A stretch of DNA of 40,043 bases from Octopus bimaculoides. Its lineage: Eukaryota. The stretch is taken from NCBI RefSeq assembly GCF_001194135.2, contig NC_069002.1:28725318-28765360 (forward strand). Reading direction: 5' to 3'. A model generated the notes under the pieces. That model did no database searches. It was not told the DNA's origin and saw nothing but the letters and a program-made list of their open reading frames with translations. Made by a program: the position numbers and the translations under genes. Position 1 is the stretch's first letter. The number at the start of each line of letters is the position of its first letter. Shown piece by piece: positions 10,200 through 21,837 of the stretch.

Positions 10200-10468
10200 T
10201 TCGGGGAGAATATGACATGCGCAGACTGGTGTTGTTATAGTAACTAGACTGTTTCGTAGTTCTTGTCAGTTTAGTGTTGGTTTCAGTTCATTAATTAGAC
10301 TAGCCCCTTTGATTCGAAAGTTGCCTGTGTTACGTACGGTGGCTTTGATTGTTATTGCAAAGTTTTGGGGTTTGACACTTCAGCAGGTGTTTATGGACTG
10401 TGCTGTTTGCGTTCACCTGCTCTTTGATGATGTGGAGTTTTCTGATGGTGCGCCAGATCTGTCTGGAA
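10200..10468 (-). mobile_element. Penelope-like element 3' remnant (decayed GIY-YIG endonuclease C-terminus)
   Basis: The minus strand reads ...HIIKEQVNANSTVHKHLLKCQ... then, after a frameshift, RIKGASLINELKPTLN*QELR. This matches the HxxRIKEH...HKH...C and LRIKEALxIxxxKPxLN motifs that end Penelope ORFs. Confidence 0.75.
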
Positions 10469-11003
10469 GAGAGGAAAAGTGAATTAAAGTCGTTAATGAT
10501 AATATGTTAGCTTAAGAATCACAGGTAGGTAAATTAGACTACACGCTGATAAATAGTTAAGAACCAATGATGTCAATATAATAACAATTCAATACATAGA
10601 TGAAAGAAATGGCGAGGAATAATATTATAGACACGTTAGATTAATACTTAAAATTTAAATACTTAAAACTTCGGGTTCTAATCCCGGAAAGAAATAAGCT
10701 AAAACTTTACCCGTTATTTTGTTTTAACTTATGTTTCATCTCTTTTGGCTTTGTTTTAGCCTTTTCCTCTTCCCTTCTTTAATTTATGTATTTGTGTTCA
10801 CTCTGATGAAGCTCCATGTACAAGATCGGATGTGCTATAAAGATGACGAATATTATTCTCATAATTTTCTTTGGCGGCACCGACTGACATTGGCAGCAGA
10901 AACGGCTGTAAGCAATGTTCAAGTTTTGTATTAGAAAATATTTAACCGATGGTAATCAATTTTTTAGTTGATCAAAAGTTTTCTCCATTTTCTGCTTATT
11001 TTG

Positions 11004-11050
<47 letters not shown>

Positions 11051-11051
<1 letters not shown>

Positions 11052-11256
11052 GAGGTGGGTGTGCTGAAAAGTTCCTGAAAATACGAGAGGATAAGTTAAT
11101 TGTGATTTTATTCAACATATTCCCCTCTCAGATTCACACACTTATTGCAGCAGTCCTTCAGTTTTTCGAAGCCCTGTAAAAGAACTCAGAAGGTTGGGCC
11201 TCCAGCCAGGCCTTTCGCGAGACCCTTAAAGCCAGGAACTTCTCAGCACCCCGTCG
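11051..11256 (+). mobile_element. Mariner-derived MITE (second copy at 31400-31614)
   Basis: TIR CGAGG..GTGCTGAAAAGTTCCTG / CAGGAACTTCTCAGCACCCCGTCG followed by TA; mariner-type subterminal TTTTATTCAACATATTCCCCTCTCAGATTCACACACTTA. Confidence 0.88.
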
Positions 11257-12081
11257 TATACATATGTGTTTATTTAGGGAGATTTGAAATTTGAATTGTG
11301 CGATATATATAACCAGTATTTAGAACCCCATGTCTAGCGATTTGTATCGTACTTGTTTTATTTGGTAGGAATCTGAAGTTTGGGTGTATCGCAAAGTACA
11401 TCTGGAAACCAAAACAAAACACGAAAGATTATAAAATATTTAATTACACAATCTTGCATACGCTGCATTTTGATTATATAATTTAAACTATATAATCAAT
11501 AATCAATGATCTTTGCTAATAAAACACACATAAAATAATGTAATTAAATATTTTATAAACAACTATTGTTTGTAATATATAAATTATAATAGATATATAT
11601 GCAAGATTCTTGATGTGGACAGGTGTGTTGGCGCAAATTTTGTTGTGTTTTGGGAGGGTCACTATGCCAATAATCATAACACACGCACTGGTTTTATTTC
11701 ACTTGTTCGTTATTAATGAATCGGTTAGTTATTTAACCCACGAACAAATCGATCACTTGCTTAATCAGTCGGTTAAACAATCAATCGTTTTGCCAAATAT
11801 CTTTCGTTACCATTTGCGATCTCATCTAGGACATGCCCACTGTTCCAAGCCTGCTTCAAGTTCATCTGTTTTCTTGTTAATATCTATGTTTATATAGTTG
11901 TCGTTGTATAATCATGTACCCTAGGAAAGGGAGAGAGAAAGAAGGAGTATGCGCGTTTCTGCGTCTGTGTGAGTGTGTGTGCGTGTATGTGCGTGTGAAT
12001 GGCCTACCTGAGCATGCGCGTTCTTCTAATCAGTGAATGCATTTATCGTTGGCATAATGACCCTCATAAGATACTGCAATA

Positions 12082-12610
12082 TACGAGTAAGTCAAAAATG
12101 ATACATTCTCTTCGGGATTTTGACTGGCGACTGCTGGTGCTGCCACCTACGCTTGTTTTGGAGTAAGAAACGGAGAGAAAGAGAGTTTGCTATGAAATAG
12201 AAGGGAGGGAAAATTTCCCTCAAGGGGAGAGAACCGCTGAGGCCTTATAAGTCTTTTTTTTTTCTTTTTTGCTTCATTAGTAATATGCGAAGTCTTTTTT
12301 ATGAGTGAGATAGCATAAGAGATAATATTTCCATATACATTTATTTTTACTCAATTTTGGTGTCTACACGCACGCTTGTTTCTGTATTTTATTAAAACAA
12401 AAACAGGGTTTGAACAATTGCAGAGTTTTTCGACGTTGCCTTTTTGCTTTTCGATGCGCTTCTTCTAGTGGTCCACAGGTTTGCTTTTTCCTTTGGAGAA
12501 GAATGTTTTCAGATGATTGCGCAGACATTTATGCATCACTCCCTGCGCTTCCGAAGCAAACTGACGACCTCGAATTTTTACAAGCATATTTATAAACATT
12601 GGCAACATCC
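12082..12610 (-). mobile_element. Mariner transposase 3' remnant with a probable right TIR
   Basis: Minus strand at about 12580-12410 reads KIRGRQFASEAQGVMHKCLRNHLKTFFSKGKSKPVDH*KKRIEKQKGNVEK, the mariner C-terminal GxxF...FFxxGIxKLVxRWxKCIxxxGxYVEK pattern. TIR-like TTTTTGACTTACTCGTA lies at 12082-12099 on the minus strand; its linkage to the ORF is inferred. Confidence 0.75.
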
Positions 12611-12670
12611 GTTCTTTTTCTGTTTTTTAGTGTAACTACTTAATCTTTGCAATAATACGGACTTAACAAT

Positions 12671-12823
12671 TGTGGCACAAGGCCAGCAATTTCGGTGGTG
12701 GGATGAATAAGTCGATTACATCGACTCCAATACTCAACTGGTACTTACTTTATCGACCCCGAAAGGATGAAAAGGACAATAGAACGTTAAAAGGGGTGCT
12801 AACAATTCTGTCAGCTCTCTACC
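12671..12823 (-). mobile_element. SINE family A, internally deleted
   Basis: Family-A core present; the middle of the head region is missing. Confidence 0.85.
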
Positions 12824-12874
12824 TTAGAACTTTGCAACGATATTGCCATGAAGGTTTTGGATAGGTAGTAAGTG

Positions 12875-13035
12875 CAGTATGGTCGAATGGTTATTGTGTT
12901 TGCTTCATAAACACAATATCTCAGTTTCGATTCTATTGCCTGGCATTTGGGCGAATGTTATCTTTTATAATTTCGGGTCAACCAATACTTTGTGAGTGAA
13001 TTTGGGTGAACGGAAACTATAGAGAAGACCCATTA
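12875..13035 (+). mobile_element. Old SINE family C copy
   Basis: TGGTCGAATGG...TTTCGATTC...TTGGGCGAATGTTATCTT...CTTTGTGAGTGAATTTGG..ACGGAAACT. Confidence 0.7.
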
Positions 13036-14413
13036 GGTTGATTGTGCATGTGATTCAAAAACTATTACCTTGTTACAGATTGTATCAAATAAATTCTGCC
13101 TGAGAGTTACGCTAAAAGTACAAATGTCTGTGGAAATGACCAGAAACATATGCATTAACCGAAGAGCAAGTAACTCAGTAGATCGAAAAACTGGATTTCT
13201 CAATGTTAAATGACCAGCTACCCCTATCACATCCACCAGCGTCTCCATCAACACCACAGCCGCCATTATCCGTAAGCAAGTTCTGGAGCTGTAGTTTTAG
13301 CGTTTATTGTTTAGTTAGTCTTGGGAATTAGTTTTTATCATTATTCTGTAAACCATCCGGGTATTACTTAAGGCTTTTTCAGTAGATTATTGAATACGTT
13401 CAGCAATCGTTTCGTCTTCACCTGTTTGAGAGTTTGAAAAATTTCAAAGTACATTCCAATTGTTTGCGTTGTACCGCAGCCATTGCTTGGATTATTCTTT
13501 CTCTCCAGAATTGTTCAACTGCTACAAATACAGTTTGGAACATTTTCGCTAGTGTTCACCCTTCCATTATCCAGACTCTTCCTCCATATCCTATGTTTCT
13601 TTTATGCCGTTGGCTTTTCATTGAGCTTTGTTTTTGTTTTCGACAAGTTCTTGATAAAAAAAATCGTTTTAGCTTTGAGTCGAATTATTTGTTTTGTTCA
13701 AAGAAGCATTCTTGCTTCTCGGATCGATTGATTCTTGGCGAATTAGCAAAGATATCGTGTTTTAGACATTCTTTGATTTTGGGTAATTTCTCTGATGTTA
13801 TTTTCCCCTCCTTTGTTTATTTATTCATTTTATTTATTTATTTATTTATTTATTTATCTATTTATTTATTGTTACATTTCATTGATGATTTCATTAAAGA
13901 TTGAGATAACTTTTCTTACATTTTCTCTTTCTATTGTATATTTATTTTCTCCGTCGTTTATTTGGGATGAGATCTTCCAATATCACAAGTTTTGAGGGGT
14001 ACCGATTTTGGTTTGCGACAAATATGATAGCTGCATATATTAACCAATATATCCTGCCCATATTGATGCTTTTATGTTTTACCAGTGTCTACAACCCGAC
14101 GGAAGACCTTCCGTTTTTATATCTAAATTAGTCTTGTTATTTTATTTATATTTTATCCCTGAGACCGAGACTTCTGTTTGGTCCATTGAAAGACCTTTCA
14201 CCTATTTAATTCCTTATTTTCTCCTTTTTAATTACTGCCGTATACAACAATTCCAGTTTTAAAACCTTTTACTTTTAGAGAAAGTACTTTCATATTCCCT
14301 CCCATAGAATTACGTTGGCATGATAGGGCTTGAGGTTGTTTTATTATTTCTTTCGTTTTTGCTGTTCGAAGCCCATCTTCGCGATCCATGTTCTTAATGT
14401 TGATACATTAGAA

Positions 14414-14640
14414 AGGCGGTGAGCTGGCAGAAACGTTAGCACACCGGGCGAAATGCTGAGTGATATTTCGTCTGCCGTTACGTTCTGAGTTCAAATTCCG
14501 CTGAGGTCGATTTTCATCCTTTCGAGGTCGATAAATTAAGTACCAGTTACGCACTGGGGTCGATCTAATCGACTTAATCCCTTTGTCTATCTTTGTTTGT
14601 CCCCTCTATGTTTAGCCCCTAGTGGGCAATAAAGAAATAA
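14414..14640 (+). mobile_element. SINE family A, tail variant TTTGTCCCCTCTATGTTTAGCCCC..GTGGGCAATAAAGAAATAA
   Basis: A-box TGGCAGAAACGTTAG and B-box GAGTTCAAATTCC; same tail as the 28193-28418 copy. Confidence 0.95.
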
Positions 14641-14840
14641 GAAACGTTAGCGCGCCGGGAGAAATACTTTGCGGTATTTCGTCTGTCTTTACGTTCTGAG
14701 TTCAAATTCAGCCGAGGTCGACTTTGCCTTTCATCCTTTCGGGGTCGATAAATTAAGTACCAGTTACGCACTGGGGTCGATCTAATCGACTGACCCCCTC
14801 CTCCCAAATTTCGGGCCTTGTGCCTAGAGTACAAAAGAAT
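14641..14840 (+). mobile_element. SINE family A, head-truncated and fused directly to the previous copy
   Basis: Starts GAAACGTTAGCGCGCCGGG immediately after AATAAAGAAATAA; carries the alternative tail CCCAAATTTCGGGCCTTGTGCCTAGAGTA. Confidence 0.93.
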
Positions 14841-14877
14841 GTTGATATGTTAGATCGATATTATTTTCGCCGTTTGA

Positions 14878-15100
14878 AGGCGGCGAGCTGGCAGAATGGT
14901 TAGCACGCCGGGCGAAATGCTTAGCGGTATTTCGTCTACCGCTACATTCTGAGTTCAAATTCCGCCGAGGTTGACTTTGCCTTTCATTCTTTCGGGGGGC
15001 GGCGGGGTCGATGAAATAAGTACCAGTTACGCACTGGAGTCGATGTAATCGACTAGTTCCCTTCCCCCCAAATCTTCAAGACCTGCCTAGAATAGAAATA
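14878..15100 (+). mobile_element. SINE family A, third tandem copy
   Basis: Complete head GGCGGCGAGCTGGCAGAATGG and core. Confidence 0.95.
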
Positions 15101-15144
15101 ATCATTTTCGTCGTTTATTTCTATTCTAGGCAGGTCTTGAAGAT
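15072..15144. repeat. Perfect 30-bp inverted repeat with a 13-nt loop
   Basis: ATCTTCAAGACCTGCCTAGAATAGAAATAA (15072-15101) pairs with TTATTTCTATTCTAGGCAGGTCTTGAAGAT (15115-15144). Confidence 0.97.
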
Positions 15145-15149
15145 CAATA

Positions 15150-15400
15150 ACTTATCGCTGTTAGTGTTGAGGTTATGTATTTCTTTTTATTCAAACTGTT
15201 CTAGTTCTCTATCAAATTGGGTCCTTTATTTTGTTCTGAATTAGTCTGTTGGGATCTAGAGTTACTTTTAGATCAGTATCATTTTCTTTCCAGCTATATA
15301 CATATGTCGTAGTAATCTTGTTTTGCGTGTAAAAATATCGTCTTGTGAATAAAATATGCACAGGACACGAAACTGTTGAGCTATTGTGTCCATTTATGAT
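15150..15400 (-). mobile_element. Possible highly decayed Penelope-type GIY-YIG remnant
   Basis: Minus-strand fragments REIINGHNSS... and ...RELEQFE*KEIHNLNT resemble the RxRxNGHRS and RxxxExxWIxxLNT motifs; many stops and frameshifts. Confidence 0.35.
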
Positions 15401-16213
15401 TTCTCTGTTTTATTTATGGGCCTCGAGTAGCAAAATTCAGCGCTTTATTTAGCATGTCACTAGTTTTATAGATTACTCAAATATACATACATACATACGG
15501 CATGAAAATGTTTACGTATCGTGTATATTTATGAACTTACTATTATATTTAGGTGTGAGGAGTAAAACTTAGCCATTTTAGAGATTTTTATCGAGTAAGG
15601 CAGTGCGTAAGTTTTCAAGATCTTTCGTTCTGATAAAACAAAATATACATGACCAACTAAACCCGAATACGCCCCTTCTCTTTAAGACTATCTGGCTCTC
15701 TATTAATTTCAGAAAATTCTATTATTATTATCTTGGTTCTTTTTAATTTGTGTGTATTAAATTTAACAATATCAAACCATGTAAGGCTGAATGTCAGGTG
15801 TTCAAGAATACTTAGAACAACATAACGTATATTTATTTATTGAAACCAATATAGCAATTATACGCATGCGTGTTTTTTAAAAAGGAGCACATAAATCGTG
15901 ATGAGAACAATAGCTGTAGCAATTAAGAAAATAAGAACAATGACGACGACGATGGTGATGATGATGACGATTTAATCAACGTTAAAAATTCTGCAATTAT
16001 TTCACTAGTTAATGTCTATTGTATAATTAAATGATGATATGATATTTAAATATGTTGACACCCGCTGAGGATTTGCGAATTACTATCAGAATTTCGTGAC
16101 TGCTTGCTCCTTTCTATGACAAAAATGAAACCTATATATTTGTACTTGTCGATATAATGCTATCTCTTCTTATCTCAAAACCTTATCTCTTTACCTTTCT
16201 ACCTGTCTGCTGA

Positions 16214-16521
16214 TATATATATATATATATATATATATCTTTATGTGTGTGTGTATATATGTGTATACATTATATATATTATGTATGTATTCATATATAT
16301 ATATATATGCGTGTGTGTGTATATATTTACGTACATGTGTATATATATATGTATGAACATATATGTGTAGATGGATGCATATACATGTGTGTGTGTATAT
16401 ATATGTGTGTATATGAATGCATATACATATGTGTATATGCGTATGTGAAAGTGTGTGTATATATAGGTATGTATTATGTTCGCGTCTATTTATCCATCTA
16501 TCTTCCTCCCTCTCTTCCTCT

Positions 16522-16556
<35 letters not shown>

Positions 16557-16660
16557 NNNNNNNNNNTATATATATATATATATATATATGCTTATATATA
16601 TATATATATATGCTTACATATATACATACGTCTATATATATATATACATACATATACATG

Positions 16661-16696
<36 letters not shown>

Positions 16697-16745
16697 CACA
16701 TACACATGCGTATATATATATACACGCACGTATGTATATGTATGT
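16214..16745. repeat. Long degenerate (TA)/(TG)/(TACA) microsatellite field
   Basis: Direct reading. Confidence 0.97.
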
Positions 16746-17082
16746 TGGGAGCACAAGAGAGTGATTATATAGCATTCAAATGAAATACATTGAGCCTAAA
16801 TGTGACTTGATTCAATATCGTCATACTGCGAGAATCAAATATTGAAGCGAAATGCCCAGAAGCTATGAGCATCCATTACAATAAGTATCCATAACAGATG
16901 TGACTGCATTATCAGCCCTTTCAGCCTTTGTGTATCCCTCCTTCATTTAAACGCGAGCGCGCACCCACACCAAGGTTCACTCACGCCCACACATATGCAT
17001 AAGATTAAAGTGACGTCACTTACTTGAAAAAGGAGAGAAAATTGAACGTTGATTCTGTTTATTTAATCATTTCAGAAACGAA

Positions 17083-17470
17083 GTTGTTGTTGGCACTCCG
17101 TCGCTTACGACGTCGAGAGTTCCAGTTGATCCGATCAACGGAACAGCCTGCTCGTGAAATTAACGTGCAAGTGGCTGAGCACTCCACAGACACGTGTACC
17201 CTTAACGTAGTTCTCGGGGATATTCAGCGTGACACAGTGTGACAAGGCTGACCCTTTGAATTACAGGCACAACAGAAACAGGAAGTAAGAGTGAGAGAAA
17301 GTTGTGGTGAAAGAGTACAGCAGGGTTCGCCACCATCTCCTGCCGGAGTCTCGTGTAGCTTTAGGTGTTTTTCGCTCAATAAACACTCACAACACCCAGT
17401 CTGGGAATCGAAACCGCGATCCTACGACCGCGAGTCCGCTGCCCTAACCACTGGGCCATTGCGCCTCTAC
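17083..17470 (-). mobile_element. Full-length SINE family B
   Basis: Near-identical to 5529-5911 over its whole length. Confidence 0.96.
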
Positions 17471-17751
17471 TAGTTAGGGGGAAAGAAATGAAGAAGTAAT
17501 CTTAGTACGAACAGGAATATTTCAAATGAGCCTAATGCAATAATGGGTCGTATCAATAACGGCAAGGAAGAAAAATAATTTGTCAATTTAAAAACAAAGC
17601 AGCTTAATATTCATTTCGGTGAAGAGGGTCGGGGGACTCAAAGGTTGTCTATGTTTGCTCACAACTATTTAGGCAACTAGGAATAAATGGTGAGAGAATG
17701 ATGCATGCTTCCAAGCCTTATCCGCTTGTGAGTACCGGTTGTGAGTTTCTT

Positions 17752-17925
17752 GGCGCAGGCGTGGTTGTATTGTAAGAAGTTTGCTTCTCAACCATATAGT
17801 TTTAGTTTCGGGTTCAGCCCCACTGTGCAACACCATGGTGGAGTGTAGTGTCTCCAACCATAGTCCCTGGCCGACCAAAGCCTTGTGAGTGGAGTTGGTA
17901 GACGGAAACTGAATGTAGTCCTTAG
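17752..17925 (+). mobile_element. SINE family C head and core
   Basis: GGCGCAGGCGTGG head, B-box GGTTCAGCCCC, core GGCCGACCAAAGCCTTGTGAGTGG..TGGTAGACGGAAACTGAA. Confidence 0.9.
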
Positions 17926-17941
17926 TGTATATATATATATG

Positions 17942-17988
<47 letters not shown>

Positions 17989-18344
17989 GCAAATACATAT
18001 ATATATATACATACACACATATATACATATGTATGTGTATACACATATTTACTATGTTATATTACGTTGTGTGTGTGTATGCATATANNNNNNNNNNNNN
18101 NNNNNNNNNNNNNNNNNNNNNNNNNNNNNNNNNNNNNNNNNNNNNNNNNNNNNNNNNNNNNNNNNNNNNNNNNNNNNNNNNNNNNNNNNNNNNNNNNNNN
18201 NNNNNNNNNNNNNNNNNNNNNNNNNNNNNNNNNNNNNNNNNNNNNNNNNNNNNNNNNNNNNNNNNNNNNNNNNNNNNNNNNNNNNNNNNNNNNNNNNNNN
18301 NNAACATAAACACACTAGTATCGGTTGTCAAGCAATGCTAGTTG

Positions 18345-18376
<32 letters not shown>

Positions 18377-18395
18377 CACACACACACACATACAT

Positions 18396-18470
<75 letters not shown>

Positions 18471-18628
18471 CGACTGGCTTCTTTCAGTTTCCGTCTACCA
18501 AATCCACTCACTAGACTTTGGTCGGCCCGAGTCTCCAGTAGAAGACACTTGCCCAAGATGCCACGCAGTGGGACTGAACCCGGAACCATGTAGTTGGTAA
18601 GCAAACTACTTACCACACAGCCACTCCT
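18471..18628 (-). mobile_element. SINE family C head and core (young-looking)
   Basis: Reverse complement of the 17752-17925 type; a tail fragment lies at about 18303-18345. Confidence 0.93.
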
Positions 18629-19284
18629 ATAATATATATATGTGAATGTTACTAGAGTGATGGAAATATATTTTGCCCACGTTAGGTAATTTGATAATCG
18701 TTTTAATTATATTTCATTTTTTGTATTTACGCTATATTTCTTGAAATTATTCATGGTTGTAAAAATGTATTAATATTACTGTAACAATTGACCTGGAATA
18801 AGTTTATTCTATGTTCTTTAAGTTTAACAAATAACCTCGTGATTAATGCAAAAAAAAAATACCCATGCTCACGAGCAGCTTACTTGCAGAGCATCCAGGG
18901 AAAACATTCATTGCAATGAATATTAACAAAAGCAAACCCTTTGTTTCTGCTACAGCCACCTACTGTCATTTCCTCCAGCACCTCCTCCTCGTCATCGTCG
19001 TCGTCCTCCTCCTCTGTCAGTGCGCATGCAAGCATGTGTCATGTGTTTGGTGTCCATCGATTACGTAACTTTTATCATCTTCAAGATGTTAAAAGTTACG
19101 CAACCACTGCTTGTCAATCTCAAGGTTCTTTTTATCGATTTTAACTTCTTTTGTTGACTTTTTTCAGTATTTCCCTTTTAAATCCATCGTCTTTTTCTCC
19201 ACCTTTCTCTCTCTCCCACTTTGTCTCACGATATAAAGTATTACTGGAGAAATCAACGAACCGATATTTATACCGGCTATTACA

Positions 19285-19605
<321 letters not shown>

Positions 19606-20132
19606 AAAATGTGCATATACAGCTGTAAATTTGGTTTACCTTTTTGTTTTCATAAGGTTTCTTGCGTTCTTGAACGCCAGGCTTTCATCTCATATAGTTC
19701 TCATGAGATTACTTTTCTACTAGAAAACTGATGTGTTACCAAAACTCTATTATCTGCAAACACTTAGAAGTGGCTTTTGTTGTTCGTTTCCTTTTTTTTT
19801 CTTAGCACAAACAGTCATCAATTATGTATTGACCGAAAAACTAAAAAAAATATACTTGACCACAGACGATTTCTTGTGATATTCCAGTGATGAGATGATA
19901 AAGAAGACATTTTGAAAGCGGTCCCTTTTTACTTTACTTGTGAGAAGTCTTTCAAGTAGATCTTTATGCGATGAACTTCGTCATACTTTTTATTACAAGT
20001 GTGTCTTCCATATATTGACGGAGACATGAAATAAACCATCTTTAGGTTATTTAAAATATGTTTGTGACATATTTCAACTTCTGAAGGTAAATTCACTGCA
20101 GCTACTGCAGATAAAAACAAATTCTTGCTTTT

Positions 20133-20464
20133 GGTAAAAGGCGTAAAAATACTATATCTGTTTAGTATCTTCCCCTAGAGGACTTCCAAATGCATTTTTT
20201 GTTCTTTAGCTTTCCTTAGTAAAACATACTGAAGAGAGATAACTCAAGCACAATTCTGAATTGCATTTATTCCGACCAGGTCATCCGCGAGCGTAACTCA
20301 GTCACTGATATTGACTGTTTTAAGATAAAGCTACGGCTTTAGAATCGGCTTGAGTTATCTCTCTTTGGTATCTCCTACCAAGGAAAGCTAAAGAGACAGA
20401 AATGCGTCTGGGAATCCGCTAGAGGGAGATACTGAGCAGATATGGTACTTTTACACTTTTTACC
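20133..20464. mobile_element. Long-TIR (foldback-type) MITE with arms of about 135 bp and a spacer of about 60 bp
   Basis: Left arm GGTAAAAGGCGTAAAAATACTATATCTG...CTTTAGCTTTCCTT...GAGAGATAACTCAAGC pairs with right arm GCTTGAGTTATCTCTC...AAGGAAAGCTAAAG...CAGATATGGTACTTTTACACTTTTTACC. Arms are diverged and no clear TSD is visible. Confidence 0.85.
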
Positions 20465-20852
20465 ATAAGCTGGAATTATTTTCTCCTTAGTAAGTGCAGT
20501 GAAATTGCCATTAGAAGCTGAAATATGTTACAAACATATTTCAACTAACCTTAAGTGAATTTATTCCTCGTCACTGCTGTGCTTTGATACCGTAGAGACA
20601 TGAAACAATTACAGCGATCGGAGATAATGCAACAATTGTCTTACTTAAACCGAAATGAATAAAAAAAGCAAACAAAAAACAGCTCTTTGTGTGGAATTGC
20701 AGAGTCCCTAATACAGGTAGAACACCGACATTTCGAACGCTGATGATCCGGTACCACTTATAATCTACATCAATTTACGAGCAGGGGCTTCAAATCCTCG
20801 AGGCCGCCAGACTAGTTTACTGCTGTATTGCACAGACTAGTACCTTCCACAG

Positions 20853-21125
20853 TCGTCATCAGCGGCGTTGTCATGTATCATAAGCCTGCAGGTCATTGAA
20901 GACACTACAATTAATGTCCTCCCGATTAAGCGCGGTTTCTCCAGCTGCCTTACCACTCATGTCCAATCAGCTCGTGATATTATCCATCCGTTGATCTACT
21001 ATCTTTCACACATCGTTCCGTGATTATGTTTTCCAGACCTCAGCTTCTCCGAATATAGCCATAATAGATGAGCTTTTGTTTTTTCACAATACAGTGTTAA
21101 TAAACTTGTATCATTTATATTAATG
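20853..21125 (-). mobile_element. 5'-truncated, internally deleted RTE LINE 3' end (same family as 38552-39700)
   Basis: GATTAAGCGC..TTTCTCCAG.TGCCTT.C.ACTC.TGTCCAA...ATATTATCCATCCGTTGA is shared with 38618-38686; lacks the about 25-nt segment (ATTCTTTGTCTGCCTCTTG region) present in the other copy. Confidence 0.85.
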
Positions 21126-21189
21126 TACACGTACCTGTATTTCATTTATCTAAGTATATTTAATATTTGTTTAATTTAGAGTGTATTGA

Positions 21190-21279
21190 ACGAGGTGACT
21201 ATCCTTGGTTCGGAAAAAATCAGTAATCCGGAAAAGCTTTGAAAGCAAAGGTTCCGGAAAATCGACGTTCAATCTGTAT
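21190..21279. mobile_element. pogo/Tigger-like TIR fragment
   Basis: TTCCGGAAAATCGACGTTCAATCTGTA is the reverse complement of TA-CAGATTGAACGTCGATTTTCCGGAA, similar to Tigger-type CAGTxGAACCTCGxTxATCCG termini; the other end was not found. Confidence 0.45.
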
Positions 21280-21837
21280 TTATATATTCTGGTTTCTTTG
21301 TAGTTTGGCTATGGAACACGTTTTGGAAATTCTATAACAGCTTGTTTCTCAAAGTTCTCTCCGCTGAACATACTACGGATGAATTGACTCAGTTTTGGCT
21401 TAGCTACTGACAAATTAATTGCTATCTAGCATTCACACGCTAAGCTTAAAGAAGAAATGCTTTTAGACGTGTTATAAATGTGATTTAGAAAGACATTTCA
21501 ACAGTAGAGATAGGAAACGAACGGAGCAATAGTGTTAATATTGAGCAATTAGTTATAAGTGAATTAACTCGAAACTCGATTACTAATTGCTTTCATATAT
21601 TATCAGTTCAATGCGATTTACTGACGAGATAAGGACACATTTGGAGCGGTTTGTGATTATTCATTTACCAATGTTCCATTTCTAACCTACCGTGTATGCT
21701 CAGATAAACATCAACCCTGAATTTTGCGCAGGAAAGTTTTGATATTTCCAATAAATTGCGTGTAAAAGTGCTTGTGATTCGATTCTTCAATCACGAAAAA
21801 TCGATAGTATTGAATATGTATAATGATATTTTATGTC

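Noticed and set aside
12410-12635. Plus-strand ORFs of 61-63 aa
   Set aside because: Antisense to the mariner transposase C-terminal relic.
14414-15100. CRISPR-like or bacterial repeat array
   Set aside because: The repeats are about 200-bp SINE monomers, not 25-45-bp repeats with unique spacers; there are no cas genes and the context is eukaryotic.
13340-15400. A single large Penelope element spanning the SINE triplet
   Set aside because: The putative GIY-YIG relic would lie 5' of the other fragments on the minus strand, the wrong order for RT-EN, and no RT motif was convincing.
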